Shown here one piece after another: positions 1 to 7,991 of a stretch of DNA of 64,000 nucleotides. Under the pieces are notes generated by a model, which searched no databases, had not been told where the DNA came from, and saw only the letters and a list, made by a program, of their open reading frames with translations. The position numbers were made by a program, and so were the translations under genes. Source of the stretch: Patescibacteria group bacterium (GTDB lineage: Bacteria; Patescibacteriota; Microgenomatia; UBA8517); NCBI GenBank assembly GCA_038062915.1, contig JBBTWD010000016.1:27522-91521 (forward strand). Reading direction: 5' to 3'. Numbering within the stretch: position 1 is the stretch's first letter; each line of letters begins with the position of its first letter.

Positions 1-479
1 ATGAAAGCGGTTATTGGTAACAAACTAACCCTTTTTTCTTTTAATATTTTAACTCCAAGAAATATAAATAATGATGTGAATAAAAAGTGAAGTGCGTGTG
101 GATCGGCTTTAATAGCAACTGTCCACAAAGTTGGATTGACCGAAAGAAGAATCCCAAAAGTTATTGCAAGGAATAATTTTTTTGTAAGCTTGAATAGTAA
201 ATAAGAAAAAATATAAATACCCAGACTAACAAATATTGCCGAAAGAAAGTTCATTCTCCAGGCCACTGAATTAAAATGGAATATGGTCAGAAATATTTTA
301 CCAATGACCACATAAGTTGGGTAACCAGTAGGGTGGCCGATATCGAATGTGTAAGGGATGGTTTGAAATTCACCTGTGTCCCAAAATCCCACACCAGGCA
401 ATAAAGTTTTCAAATAAATCGCGAGAGGTAGTATGAAGGCAAGTATTAAAAACTTACCCATCCGAATTTGTTTATCCAT
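1..479 (-). CDS. GT-C fold membrane glycosyltransferase (DUF2723/protein O-mannosyltransferase-like), N-terminal part; runs off window start
   Basis: Minus-strand ORF starting ATG at 477-479 (MDKQIRMGKFLILAFILPLAIYLKTLLPGVGFWDTGEFQTIPYTFDIGHPTGYPTYVV...), open to position 1. The D.GE...GHPPGYP signature is typical of DUF2723 GT-C enzymes. Not in the ORF track because it is truncated by the window edge. Confidence 0.5.
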   Translation of the reverse strand, partial: MDKQIRMGKFLILAFILPLAIYLKTLLPGVGFWDTGEFQTIPYTFDIGHPTGYPTYVVIGKIFLTIFHFNSVAWRMNFLSAIFVSLGIYIFSYLLFKLTKKLFLAITFGILLSVNPTLWTVAIKADPHALHFLFTSLFIFLGVKILKEKRVSLLPITAF

Positions 480-1591
480 ATAACTCCCCAGAGGTTAACA
501 ACTACTCCAATAAAAAGTAGTATCCAATGATATTTTTTCAAACCCACTTTCTCGATGCCTTTAATGGTCAAAAGTGTCAAGAATGGATAAAAATCGACTG
601 CATACCTATAACCAAACTGGGTCCAACCTGTTCCACCTCTTAATGCAACTAGTATAAAGATCAAAATGACGGCTAGCCACAGCATCTTTGTGAGATTTTC
701 TTTAATTGGTGACCAAAACGCAAAAATGAAAACCGGGGTAGTTATCCAAATGGCAAGTCCGTACCACGAGGGTTGAATATATGGTGGGTGATTAAAAAAG
801 TTAGGAAGTTTTAGGAAGAGTATTTTTAAATGTTCTGGAATATAGGCGATATTTAGCATACCCTTAGAAAACCAGGGTTCAGAATAAATCCCAGGTATTA
901 GGAAGTATCCCTTATCTAAAACTGTCCCAAATCTTATAAAATTGTAGTAAAAATTAAACAATACAAAAGGAAGAATACCCAGTCCTAGATAAAAATATTT
1001 TTTAAACCAATCCTTATTAGCTAGTAGGTACAAAAACAAAGGAAGGGATAAAATTGTATGTAGACGTGATAAAAATGCGCTACCCAAAAAGATTCCAATG
1101 AGAAAAGAACGCCTTTTATTTAAACTTTCGTAAAGTGCAGCTGTAGTCAAAAAAGCGGCACTAACTTGCCCCAAATACCAAACCGAACCGGTTGCGGAAA
1201 GATACCAGACAATGCTTCCAAAGCCAATCATTATTCCAAAAAAAATAGCTAGTGGATAACTCTTTTTAAGTTTGTAAGAAATGGCCATTGTTAAAATAAT
1301 AATTCCAGCTCCCAAAATATGCGCTAGATATTGTTGTTCAAAGTTTTTTCCGAAGAAATAGACAAAAGGAAATGATAAAATTGCTGGCATAGGCGGCTGG
1401 ATTACATAGAACCTGCCTCCTGGCCCGGGAACCAGTTCAGATAACCAGTGGGGATTTTCACTTAGGTAGTATTTACCCTGCAGAAACGAACTGGAAAGTC
1501 GGGTAAAATAATCGTAAGGGGTTTTTCCTGCGGAAGTTAAATAATAAACAATGAGAGAAAAGACAAAAGCTAAAATAAAAAGTTTTTTCAT
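446..1591 (-). CDS. polytopic membrane protein, divergent paralog of the downstream GT-C glycosyltransferase
   Basis: 381 aa with many TM segments. N-terminus (MKKLFILAFVFSLIVYYLTSAGKTP) parallels the downstream gene N-terminus (MGKFLILAFILPLAIYLKTLLPGVGF) but lacks the D.GE/GHPxGYP signature. Confidence 0.45.
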   Translation of the reverse strand: MKKLFILAFVFSLIVYYLTSAGKTPYDYFTRLSSSFLQGKYYLSENPHWLSELVPGPGGRFYVIQPPMPAILSFPFVYFFGKNFEQQYLAHILGAGIIILTMAISYKLKKSYPLAIFFGIMIGFGSIVWYLSATGSVWYLGQVSAAFLTTAALYESLNKRRSFLIGIFLGSAFLSRLHTILSLPLFLYLLANKDWFKKYFYLGLGILPFVLFNFYYNFIRFGTVLDKGYFLIPGIYSEPWFSKGMLNIAYIPEHLKILFLKLPNFFNHPPYIQPSWYGLAIWITTPVFIFAFWSPIKENLTKMLWLAVILIFILVALRGGTGWTQFGYRYAVDFYPFLTLLTIKGIEKVGLKKYHWILLFIGVVVNLWGVIWINKFGWVSF

Positions 1592-3950
1592 ACATCCTAT
1601 TTTATACGTTTTATTCTTAGGATTAATAGTTAGACTTATTCTTTCGAATTTTGGAACCCTTCATCTTGATCAAGGGACTTTTACGGCGTGGAGCCGAATT
1701 CTTGCCGACGGAGGACTTAAGACTTTTTACAACGGTTGGAGTGACTACCTCCCGGGGTATTTATATGTTCTCTGGTTTTTGGGAAAAATAAATTTGCTGA
1801 ACATATTACCTCAAGTTGTTCTTTATAAACTTCCAGCAATTTTTGCCGACATATTTACTGGATACTTGATATATAAAATAGTCGGTAGAAAGTTTGGGAC
1901 ATTGGGTGCAAGTTTGTATATTTTTAATCCGGCAATTTTTGCCAATTCGACACTTTGGGGCCAAGTCGATTCGTTTACTATCCTATTTTCTTTGTTAGCT
2001 ATTTATTTACTACCCATACACTATCCGCTATCCGCCATTGCCTTGTCCGTAGGTACTCTTATTAAACCTCAAGCCGCATTCATAGCTCCACTTATCTTGA
2101 TAATGATGATTAGACACAAGTTTTCTCTAGCAAAAGTTTTAGCATTTATCTTTTTAGCATTTAGTATTTTTGTTCTCGCCTTTGTTCCTTTTTGGAACCA
2201 TGGAAATTTATTTGAGTTTATTTTTGGCCGTTTGACGGTCTCTGCAAATCAATATCCTTACACTGCCGTTAACGCATTTAATTTCTGGGGTCTTTTTGGT
2301 CAGTGGAAGCCAGATAATTTATATTTTCAATTTGGGGGTTATTTAATATTTTTGATCTCGTTTATTATTTTTGCAAAAAAAATAAAATCACAATATCTGC
2401 TTGCTGCCTTTTCTTTTTTGTTTTCTTTTTTGTTTTTTACTAGAATGCACGAAAGACACCTCCTCCCTGTTTTTGCCCCTTTGACAATACTTACAGCTAC
2501 CGAATCACTATACCTAATACCACTAGTTGGTCTCTCTTTTGCTTATATTTTAAATCTTCTCTACTCATATAGATGGATAACCAGTGATTTCTTGGTTTCA
2601 TTTGAGCCGTTTCCCGTAATAATTTTGAGTCTTGTTTCTTTCTTAATGCTCTTGTTTATTTCCCTGAAAACCAAAAATGTAAAAATACTGATTAATTCCC
2701 TGGTTAAATTCTTTAACAAAGGCAGGAAAGTTGTCCCCGAGAAGTTCCCCAAGTTTGCCATTCTACGTTCTACATCCTACTTGTTACTGTCCGTCATTCT
2801 TCTTTTTTCTTTTATATCACGAGTATATAAATTAAGTGAACCACCAAAAGATTATTTTGATGAGATTTATCACGCCTTCACCGCCCGTCTTGTTTTGCAT
2901 AATGACCCCAAGGCCTGGGAATGGTGGAATCCACATCCGGAAGGTTTTGCCTATGAGTGGACCCACCCGCCGCTTTCTAAATTAATGATGGCGGGGAGCA
3001 TGAAGATTCTTGGTGAAAATGCTTTTGGCTGGAGATTCCCGCAGGCGATTTTTGGAACGCTATCAATATTCATGATTTACCTTCTTTCCAAGAAAATATT
3101 TAACGACGAAATAATCAGTCTTTTATCCACGTTTATTTTCTCATTAGATGGGCTTTTTTTAGTGCTATCAAGAATGGCCATGAATGACGTCTATGTTTTA
3201 TTCTTCATGCTTTTAACGATTTATCTTTTTTTGAAAGAAAAAGATTTTTGGTCGGCGATTTCTTTGGGTCTTGCAATTGCTTCAAAATGGTCAGCCATTT
3301 GGGTAATTCCGATTTTATTTATCTTGTGGTTAAAACGTAAAAACAAATTCAAGCTTTCGACATTCTTGTTTTTTGGTCTATTACCTATTACTTGTTACAT
3401 ATTAACTTACCTACCTATGTTTTTAACCGGTCATGACTTGGGAACCTGGTGGGGGATGCAGAAACAGATGTGGTGGTACCATACTGGCCTACGTGCGACT
3501 CATCCATATACATCTGCCTGGTGGAGCTGGCCACTAATGACCCGGCCTGTTTACCTTTACACAAGCGATGAGGTGGGTGGCTTTGTCAGCAGAATCTATG
3601 CGATAGGAAACCCGCTTGTTTTTTGGTTTGGTTTAGTATCTATTTTTATGTCTTCAGTTTTTGCATATATTGAGCGAAATAGAAAACTTGGCTTAGTCGT
3701 GTTTGCATATTTAATCTTTTTTGTTCCGTGGGCAATCTCGCCTAGAATAATGTTTCTATATCATTATTTACCATCAATACCATTTTTGGCGATAGCCACG
3801 GGTTACATTCTTCGTCGAAACCCCAAGCTTGCTACATACTACATTCTACTTGCTACTGTTTTATTTGTTTACTTCTACCCTCACTGGGCAGGACTACAAA
3901 TTCCTCTTTGGCTAGACAAATCCTACTATTGGATGGAAAGCTGGAGATAA
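1551..3950 (+). CDS. large two-module GT-C membrane glycosyltransferase (PMT/GT39-like C-terminal module)
   Basis: 799 aa with about 20 predicted TM segments. The second half carries DEIYHAFTARL...WWNPHPEGFAYEWTHPPL, resembling the DE-motif loop of GT39/PMT mannosyltransferases. The first half is a separate GT-C-like module. Confidence 0.5.
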   Translation: MREKTKAKIKSFFIHPILYVLFLGLIVRLILSNFGTLHLDQGTFTAWSRILADGGLKTFYNGWSDYLPGYLYVLWFLGKINLLNILPQVVLYKLPAIFADIFTGYLIYKIVGRKFGTLGASLYIFNPAIFANSTLWGQVDSFTILFSLLAIYLLPIHYPLSAIALSVGTLIKPQAAFIAPLILIMMIRHKFSLAKVLAFIFLAFSIFVLAFVPFWNHGNLFEFIFGRLTVSANQYPYTAVNAFNFWGLFGQWKPDNLYFQFGGYLIFLISFIIFAKKIKSQYLLAAFSFLFSFLFFTRMHERHLLPVFAPLTILTATESLYLIPLVGLSFAYILNLLYSYRWITSDFLVSFEPFPVIILSLVSFLMLLFISLKTKNVKILINSLVKFFNKGRKVVPEKFPKFAILRSTSYLLLSVILLFSFISRVYKLSEPPKDYFDEIYHAFTARLVLHNDPKAWEWWNPHPEGFAYEWTHPPLSKLMMAGSMKILGENAFGWRFPQAIFGTLSIFMIYLLSKKIFNDEIISLLSTFIFSLDGLFLVLSRMAMNDVYVLFFMLLTIYLFLKEKDFWSAISLGLAIASKWSAIWVIPILFILWLKRKNKFKLSTFLFFGLLPITCYILTYLPMFLTGHDLGTWWGMQKQMWWYHTGLRATHPYTSAWWSWPLMTRPVYLYTSDEVGGFVSRIYAIGNPLVFWFGLVSIFMSSVFAYIERNRKLGLVVFAYLIFFVPWAISPRIMFLYHYLPSIPFLAIATGYILRRNPKLATYYILLATVLFVYFYPHWAGLQIPLWLDKSYYWMESWR

Positions 3951-3956
3951 GTTACC

Positions 3957-4361
3957 TTATTTTTCGCACTTGAGGATTCTGTCCCATCTTTTACATTGCT
4001 GATTGGTGAAACACCTCTTAAATCGTGTGGAGCATGAACCCCCTCCACAGGGATTATCCGCGTCACACTTGGTATGATTTCCGCCGCCACCCCCTCCGTC
4101 ATCGCTGGGTTCATAGCAACAAACAAGATCGCCTACACTACAGTCATCCGTCCTCCTTTTTTTATCTGGATGTCTACACTCAGGTTCAGACACACAATCG
4201 CCTCGTAATTGCAAACAAGTATCCCCCGCTGCTTTTTCTCGGATGTCTTGGGACTGCTTGACCAGAAGTACGCCGGCGACGATGGCGCCGACCAAAAAAA
4301 TAAGACTAACCAACTGCCAGGGCTTTTTATTTTCCCTTTTTCCTTTAAAAATTCTAAACAT
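3957..4361 (-). CDS. small membrane-anchored cysteine-rich extracytoplasmic protein
   Basis: 134 aa. N-terminal TM anchor, a poly-Gly stretch, and 15+ Cys in C..C spacing (CDADNPCGGGSCSTRFKRCFTNQQCKRW). Confidence 0.4.
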   Translation of the reverse strand: MFRIFKGKRENKKPWQLVSLIFLVGAIVAGVLLVKQSQDIREKAAGDTCLQLRGDCVSEPECRHPDKKRRTDDCSVGDLVCCYEPSDDGGGGGGNHTKCDADNPCGGGSCSTRFKRCFTNQQCKRWDRILKCEK

Positions 4362-4391
4362 GCTTACGTATAAACGCTATTACAAATTAAA

Positions 4392-4931
4392 TTAAATTGC
4401 AAGTAGCAGTGAGCCCATTATGACGAGTATTCCAAGTCCTGCTCCAAATACTGTTGGCCAGCTGGTTCCAGAGTTTGGAAGAGATGGCTGTGTTGGTGTT
4501 TGGGCCGAGGCACCAGCACATGTACAGTCAGTTTCTGCTACACACGAGGCGTTTCGGCAGAATCCCTGGTAGCAAATAAGATCACTCCCGCAGTTACTAT
4601 TGCTCCCACATGTTCCTCCGCAGGAATTTGGAGTACCGGGAGGTGAAGTTGGGGATTCAGTTGGCGTTGATGTTGCGGTACTGGTTGCCGTAGAAGTGGC
4701 GGTCGATGTTGCGGTTGCCGTGGCTGTAGCTGTAGCTGTTGATGTCGCACCAATCGTAAATGACAATGAGCAATTATTTGTTTCTGCAGCCCTTGGTTTA
4801 CTAGATGGTACATTTGGAGCCACCGGCTGTGCTCTCAATTGGTAAAGCCTGATAGCGGTAAAAATAGCAACTCCAGCTAGAACTAGAGTTATGATTATTA
4901 TTATTCCGGTTACAAATTTAGATTTTTTCAT
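4392..4931 (-). CDS. membrane-anchored protein with Thr/Ser/Ala-rich repeat linker and Cys-rich knot-like domain; C-terminal LPNSG + hydrophobic tail
   Basis: 179 aa. N-terminal TM, TATATATATSTATSTATSTATSTPTESPTSPP linker, CGGTCGSNSNCGSDLICYQGFCRNASC, and a C-terminus of SLPNSGTSW + 20 hydrophobic residues. Confidence 0.45.
   Translation of the reverse strand: MKKSKFVTGIIIIITLVLAGVAIFTAIRLYQLRAQPVAPNVPSSKPRAAETNNCSLSFTIGATSTATATATATATSTATSTATSTATSTPTESPTSPPGTPNSCGGTCGSNSNCGSDLICYQGFCRNASCVAETDCTCAGASAQTPTQPSLPNSGTSWPTVFGAGLGILVIMGSLLLAI
4660..4760 (-). repeat. short in-frame tandem codon repeats (GCxACx units) encoding the (T-A/S-T-A) linker
   Basis: Plus-strand gcggtNgccgtNgNtgtagctgt periodicity is visible directly. 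Confidence 0.7.
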
Positions 4932-4932
4932 A

Positions 4933-5796
4933 TTATTTCCATTGATTTAATATTTTAACTTGTGCTGAAATGTTAAATGTTGTTGTTCCTGCCGGAATTG
5001 TATAAAGATCACAAAATTCATTCTTGCCCCCGCCCGGCCTTTTACCTATCGTTTCCGGCCTTGTGGTTCCATTAACAGTGAACCTTGCGGCTGTAAATTG
5101 AACTCGATCTTGTGCTGGGGTAGTAGTTCCAGTTGCACAGAAATTAACTTGGTTATTAGCTTTGAGGCTAGAAAGCTGAGCTACACTTAGTTGCGTCCAT
5201 GTTGGAGAATAGGCTTTAATATTTTGACAACTAGCGGTGGGAGTGCCATCACCATCATTTACAACACATCTACCACACTTGTCACCAGAAAGAGGTATCC
5301 ATTTACATTTATCTGCCTTTTCTATAGTACATTCCCGTTCGGCAGTTGCGCAGTCTGTTGCCCCAGATTCAGAACAAGTTTCTTCGTATGCTTTTTCTGA
5401 AACACTTTGTTTTTGTTGGGTCAAGATTACTCCTCCGGCGATGCCGCCAATTAATAAAAATAATCCCAATATTGTTGCGATGATTTTTCCTCCGCCGAAT
5501 TTTTTCTTTGGTGGTGGGGAAACCATCATTGAGGACACGTCGTCTAGTGGTGCAGCTGTTCCACCACTTTCACTGGCGATTGGAGACTGGAGATTGGAGA
5601 CTGGCTGCGAGTCTTCAGTTGGCATAGATGAAATATCTGAAGTATCTGCCATTTGAAAGTCAGGGACAGTTATAACTGGATTATCGTCAACTGGGGGAAC
5701 TACCGGAGTTTGAACCGGATCTGTTTGAGTTGGGTCCAACTTCGCTGAAGCTCCGCTGGATAAATCAGATTGATTGGGCATGTTTATAGGTAACAA
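4933..5796 (-). CDS. bitopic protein: Pro/Ser-rich disordered N-terminal region, single TM, Cys-rich extracytoplasmic domain
   Basis: 287 aa. KKKFGGGKIIATILGLFLLIGGIAGGVIL TM at about residue 110. 14 Cys in the C-terminal half. Internal 12-bp tandem repeat (gattggagactg x2) at 5561-5590. Confidence 0.4.
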   Translation of the reverse strand: MLPINMPNQSDLSSGASAKLDPTQTDPVQTPVVPPVDDNPVITVPDFQMADTSDISSMPTEDSQPVSNLQSPIASESGGTAAPLDDVSSMMVSPPPKKKFGGGKIIATILGLFLLIGGIAGGVILTQQKQSVSEKAYEETCSESGATDCATAERECTIEKADKCKWIPLSGDKCGRCVVNDGDGTPTASCQNIKAYSPTWTQLSVAQLSSLKANNQVNFCATGTTTPAQDRVQFTAARFTVNGTTRPETIGKRPGGGKNEFCDLYTIPAGTTTFNISAQVKILNQWK

Positions 5797-7075
5797 AAGA
5801 CAGCGCCATAACGCCTATACCCAGAATAGAGAAAAGAATGGTCGGAGTCAAGTTACCAGTTTGAGGAATAGGCGCTGGGCTTGCAGTTACTTTTGGACTA
5901 GACGTTGGTTTAGCATTTGACGAGGCGGTGGGAGTTGGGGTTGCAGTTGTGGTCTCTCCAGAACCAGATGCCTCAAAGGCCGGAGCTTCACCCGCTTGAA
6001 CAACAAAATTTCTAGTTAGTTTTCTGGTTATTCCGGTTATATCTTTCCAGGAAATAGTAATTTTATGAACTCCAGGACTTAAATTTTCCGGTGGATTCCA
6101 ATTCCAAGATCCGGCAGTGCCAATAGTGACGGATGCTGTTATGGGATTTTCAGACTCGACAGTTATTGTTAATATAGTTCCTTTTGGCCCGTCACCAAAA
6201 AATTCTGGTTCGGTGCTAGTTACCACCTCTCCATCATCTAAACTCTCAAGGGTTACACTTTGAGCTGGTCCAGAAACGGGGACATTGTCGGCTACGGCGA
6301 ACTTGGATTTTTCTTCTGAATTTTCAGGAAGATCGACTTCGGCATTAGGTGTTCCTCCAGATGTTGATATTGGAAGGCTTCGAAAATCATGTGTTTGCCC
6401 AAGTACCATGGGTGGGGCGGGTTTAGCAGATTGTGGAAAAATTTGAGCGGTTGAAACATCCCCAGTTCCTGTCTCCACAAAAATTTCAACTAAGGTTTGC
6501 GCCTCGTTGATTTCTAGCAAGTTTTTTAAATCTTGAGTTCTTGTAGCCCCTAACTGAAAAACATAATTGCCGGTAGGAGAGGTTAATGTTGAGAGTATAT
6601 ATCCTTGAATATTTGCATAAACTAAGGCATTTTTGATTGTTTCCCCAGTTGAACTTATTACCGATCCTGATATAAGCACAGAATTTTCGCTAACATTTAA
6701 AGCAGATCCTGTTTTTGTTTTCCAGGGAATCCCATTGTTGTCAAACAGTATTCCTCCTGAATTTATTTTATAGGAGTATTCAGTTTCAGCCTTAAGATCG
6801 TTTAGTGCCACACTGTGAGTGAAAGACTTTTTGCTATCTTGAACCAATTTGTTTTGACCCCAAAGCACAAACCCGACAGACTCCTTGTCTGTAACCCAAG
6901 AGATTGTCAGACTAGTATCTGAAATATTAGAAACCCGTATATTTTTAGGCATTGCCTCTCCGGATGCTCCTAATCTAAAAATAGCTCTCGAATTAACTAA
7001 TATAACTCCAAAAAGTGTTCCAACAATTAAAACTATTAGTCCGAGTATTGTTGGAAGTTTATTTTTTTTAATCAT
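5765..7075 (-). CDS. surface protein with N-terminal signal-anchor, fibronectin type III-like domain, Ig-like/beta-sandwich region, Thr/Pro/Ser-rich stalk and C-terminal IPQTG sorting-signal-like motif
   Basis: The ORF track starts at a TTG at 7093, but the ATG at 7075-7073 (MIKKNKLPTILGLIVLIVG) is the likely start. IRVSNISDTSLTISWVT...YSYKI resembles FN3. The C-terminus is PIPQTGN-LTPTILFSILGIGVMALSFV-TYKHAQSI (motif + TM + basic tail). Confidence 0.5.
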   Translation of the reverse strand: MIKKNKLPTILGLIVLIVGTLFGVILVNSRAIFRLGASGEAMPKNIRVSNISDTSLTISWVTDKESVGFVLWGQNKLVQDSKKSFTHSVALNDLKAETEYSYKINSGGILFDNNGIPWKTKTGSALNVSENSVLISGSVISSTGETIKNALVYANIQGYILSTLTSPTGNYVFQLGATRTQDLKNLLEINEAQTLVEIFVETGTGDVSTAQIFPQSAKPAPPMVLGQTHDFRSLPISTSGGTPNAEVDLPENSEEKSKFAVADNVPVSGPAQSVTLESLDDGEVVTSTEPEFFGDGPKGTILTITVESENPITASVTIGTAGSWNWNPPENLSPGVHKITISWKDITGITRKLTRNFVVQAGEAPAFEASGSGETTTATPTPTASSNAKPTSSPKVTASPAPIPQTGNLTPTILFSILGIGVMALSFVTYKHAQSI

Positions 7076-7140
7076 AAGCGTAGCTTGTGACAAACTTTGT
7101 TTATCATAAGCGTAGCTTGTGACAAACTTTGTTTATCATG
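7071..7140. repeat. perfect 32-bp tandem direct repeat x2 plus 6-bp partial third copy
   Basis: atcataagcgtagcttgtgacaaactttgttt occurs at 7071-7102 and 7103-7134, then atcatg. The first copy overlaps the ATG (read on minus strand) of the FN3 gene. Confidence 0.9.
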
Positions 7141-7145
7141 AAATG

Positions 7146-7340
7146 TTACTCATTTCTATTTTGAATATCTCTAATAATATCTTGATCTAGGAATGGCACC
7201 AATGGTTTTGAGATTTCATCAGGTACCACCAAAGATGGTTTTACGACAACTGCTCGGTAAACGCTTAAAGATATCCACATAATTGCAGTTAGGGTTGTCA
7301 AAATTAAAATTGTAACAATGTTAGGAATTTTGTTTTTCAC
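7146..7340 (-). CDS. small single-TM protein (pilus-assembly associated?)
   Basis: 64 aa. N-terminal TM. Positioned between the pilO-like gene and the FN3 gene in the same operon. Confidence 0.3.
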   Translation of the reverse strand: MKNKIPNIVTILILTTLTAIMWISLSVYRAVVVKPSLVVPDEISKPLVPFLDQDIIRDIQNRNE

Positions 7341-7990
7341 TGGATAAACGGTAACCTGCCTGAAATTATAGCTACAATAATATTTCCACTTTCGGACGTA
7401 GTTGTATTAATTCCAAAGGCATCAATTTTTATCGGACGGCGCAAGTTTTCTAAGTCGCGGGCTGTAGAAATTATTCCCTGATAATTTCCACTAATACTAA
7501 TTGAAACAGTCATTTCTTTTGATCCTGTAGATAATGGTTTTAAACCAGCTTCCTTCTTCTTGGCCTGATCATCTTTTCCCAAAAGTATTATTTCTCCTAC
7601 AGATACACCCAAGACTTGAACGGCGTTTTTGCTTGCGACAGCTTGTATCTGCCCAACAAAAATTTCTGGCTGTGGTTGATTGGGGACGGCCAGGTCTACC
7701 AGTGGAATAACCCCTGAATTTTCAGAATAAAGACTGCTTGCGGTATCTAGATTTGCAATTTTCTGATCAAGTAAAGAAATAGTTTTTTCTTTCTCATTGA
7801 CTTCTTTAACCAAGGAGATAATGGTCAGGGCGGTAGGTTTTAGGGCAAATAAACCAAATATGGTTATTGTAATTAGGGAAAGAATAACTTCCAAAAACAT
7901 CTTGAGGTCACGGCGCTGTTTGTAAAGCACCACGACATTTAAAAAATACTCTTTGTACCGTAAATATTGTCCTCGCCATCCAAGTGCCAT
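7337..7990 (-). CDS. pilO: PilO-like type IV pilus assembly protein
   Basis: 217 aa. Basic N-terminus, one TM, coiled-coil, then a globular domain. Immediately follows the PilN-like gene with a 1-bp gap. Confidence 0.4.
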   Translation of the reverse strand: MALGWRGQYLRYKEYFLNVVVLYKQRRDLKMFLEVILSLITITIFGLFALKPTALTIISLVKEVNEKEKTISLLDQKIANLDTASSLYSENSGVIPLVDLAVPNQPQPEIFVGQIQAVASKNAVQVLGVSVGEIILLGKDDQAKKKEAGLKPLSTGSKEMTVSISISGNYQGIISTARDLENLRRPIKIDAFGINTTTSESGNIIVAIISGRLPFIQ

Positions 7991-7991
7991 A

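Noticed and set aside
4538-4845. ORFs 4538..4813(-) and 4600..4845(+) overlapping the Cys-rich/TA-linker gene
   Set aside because: They are shadow ORFs produced by the GC-rich codon repeats encoding the T/A linker. Their translations are low-complexity (PQPQ.., VAVAVAV..) and out of frame with the well-supported gene
3957-5796. Cys-rich anchored proteins as type IV pilins
   Set aside because: None has a class III prepilin leader (short basic leader ending G followed by F/M-T-L-I-E). Their N-termini look like ordinary signal-anchors
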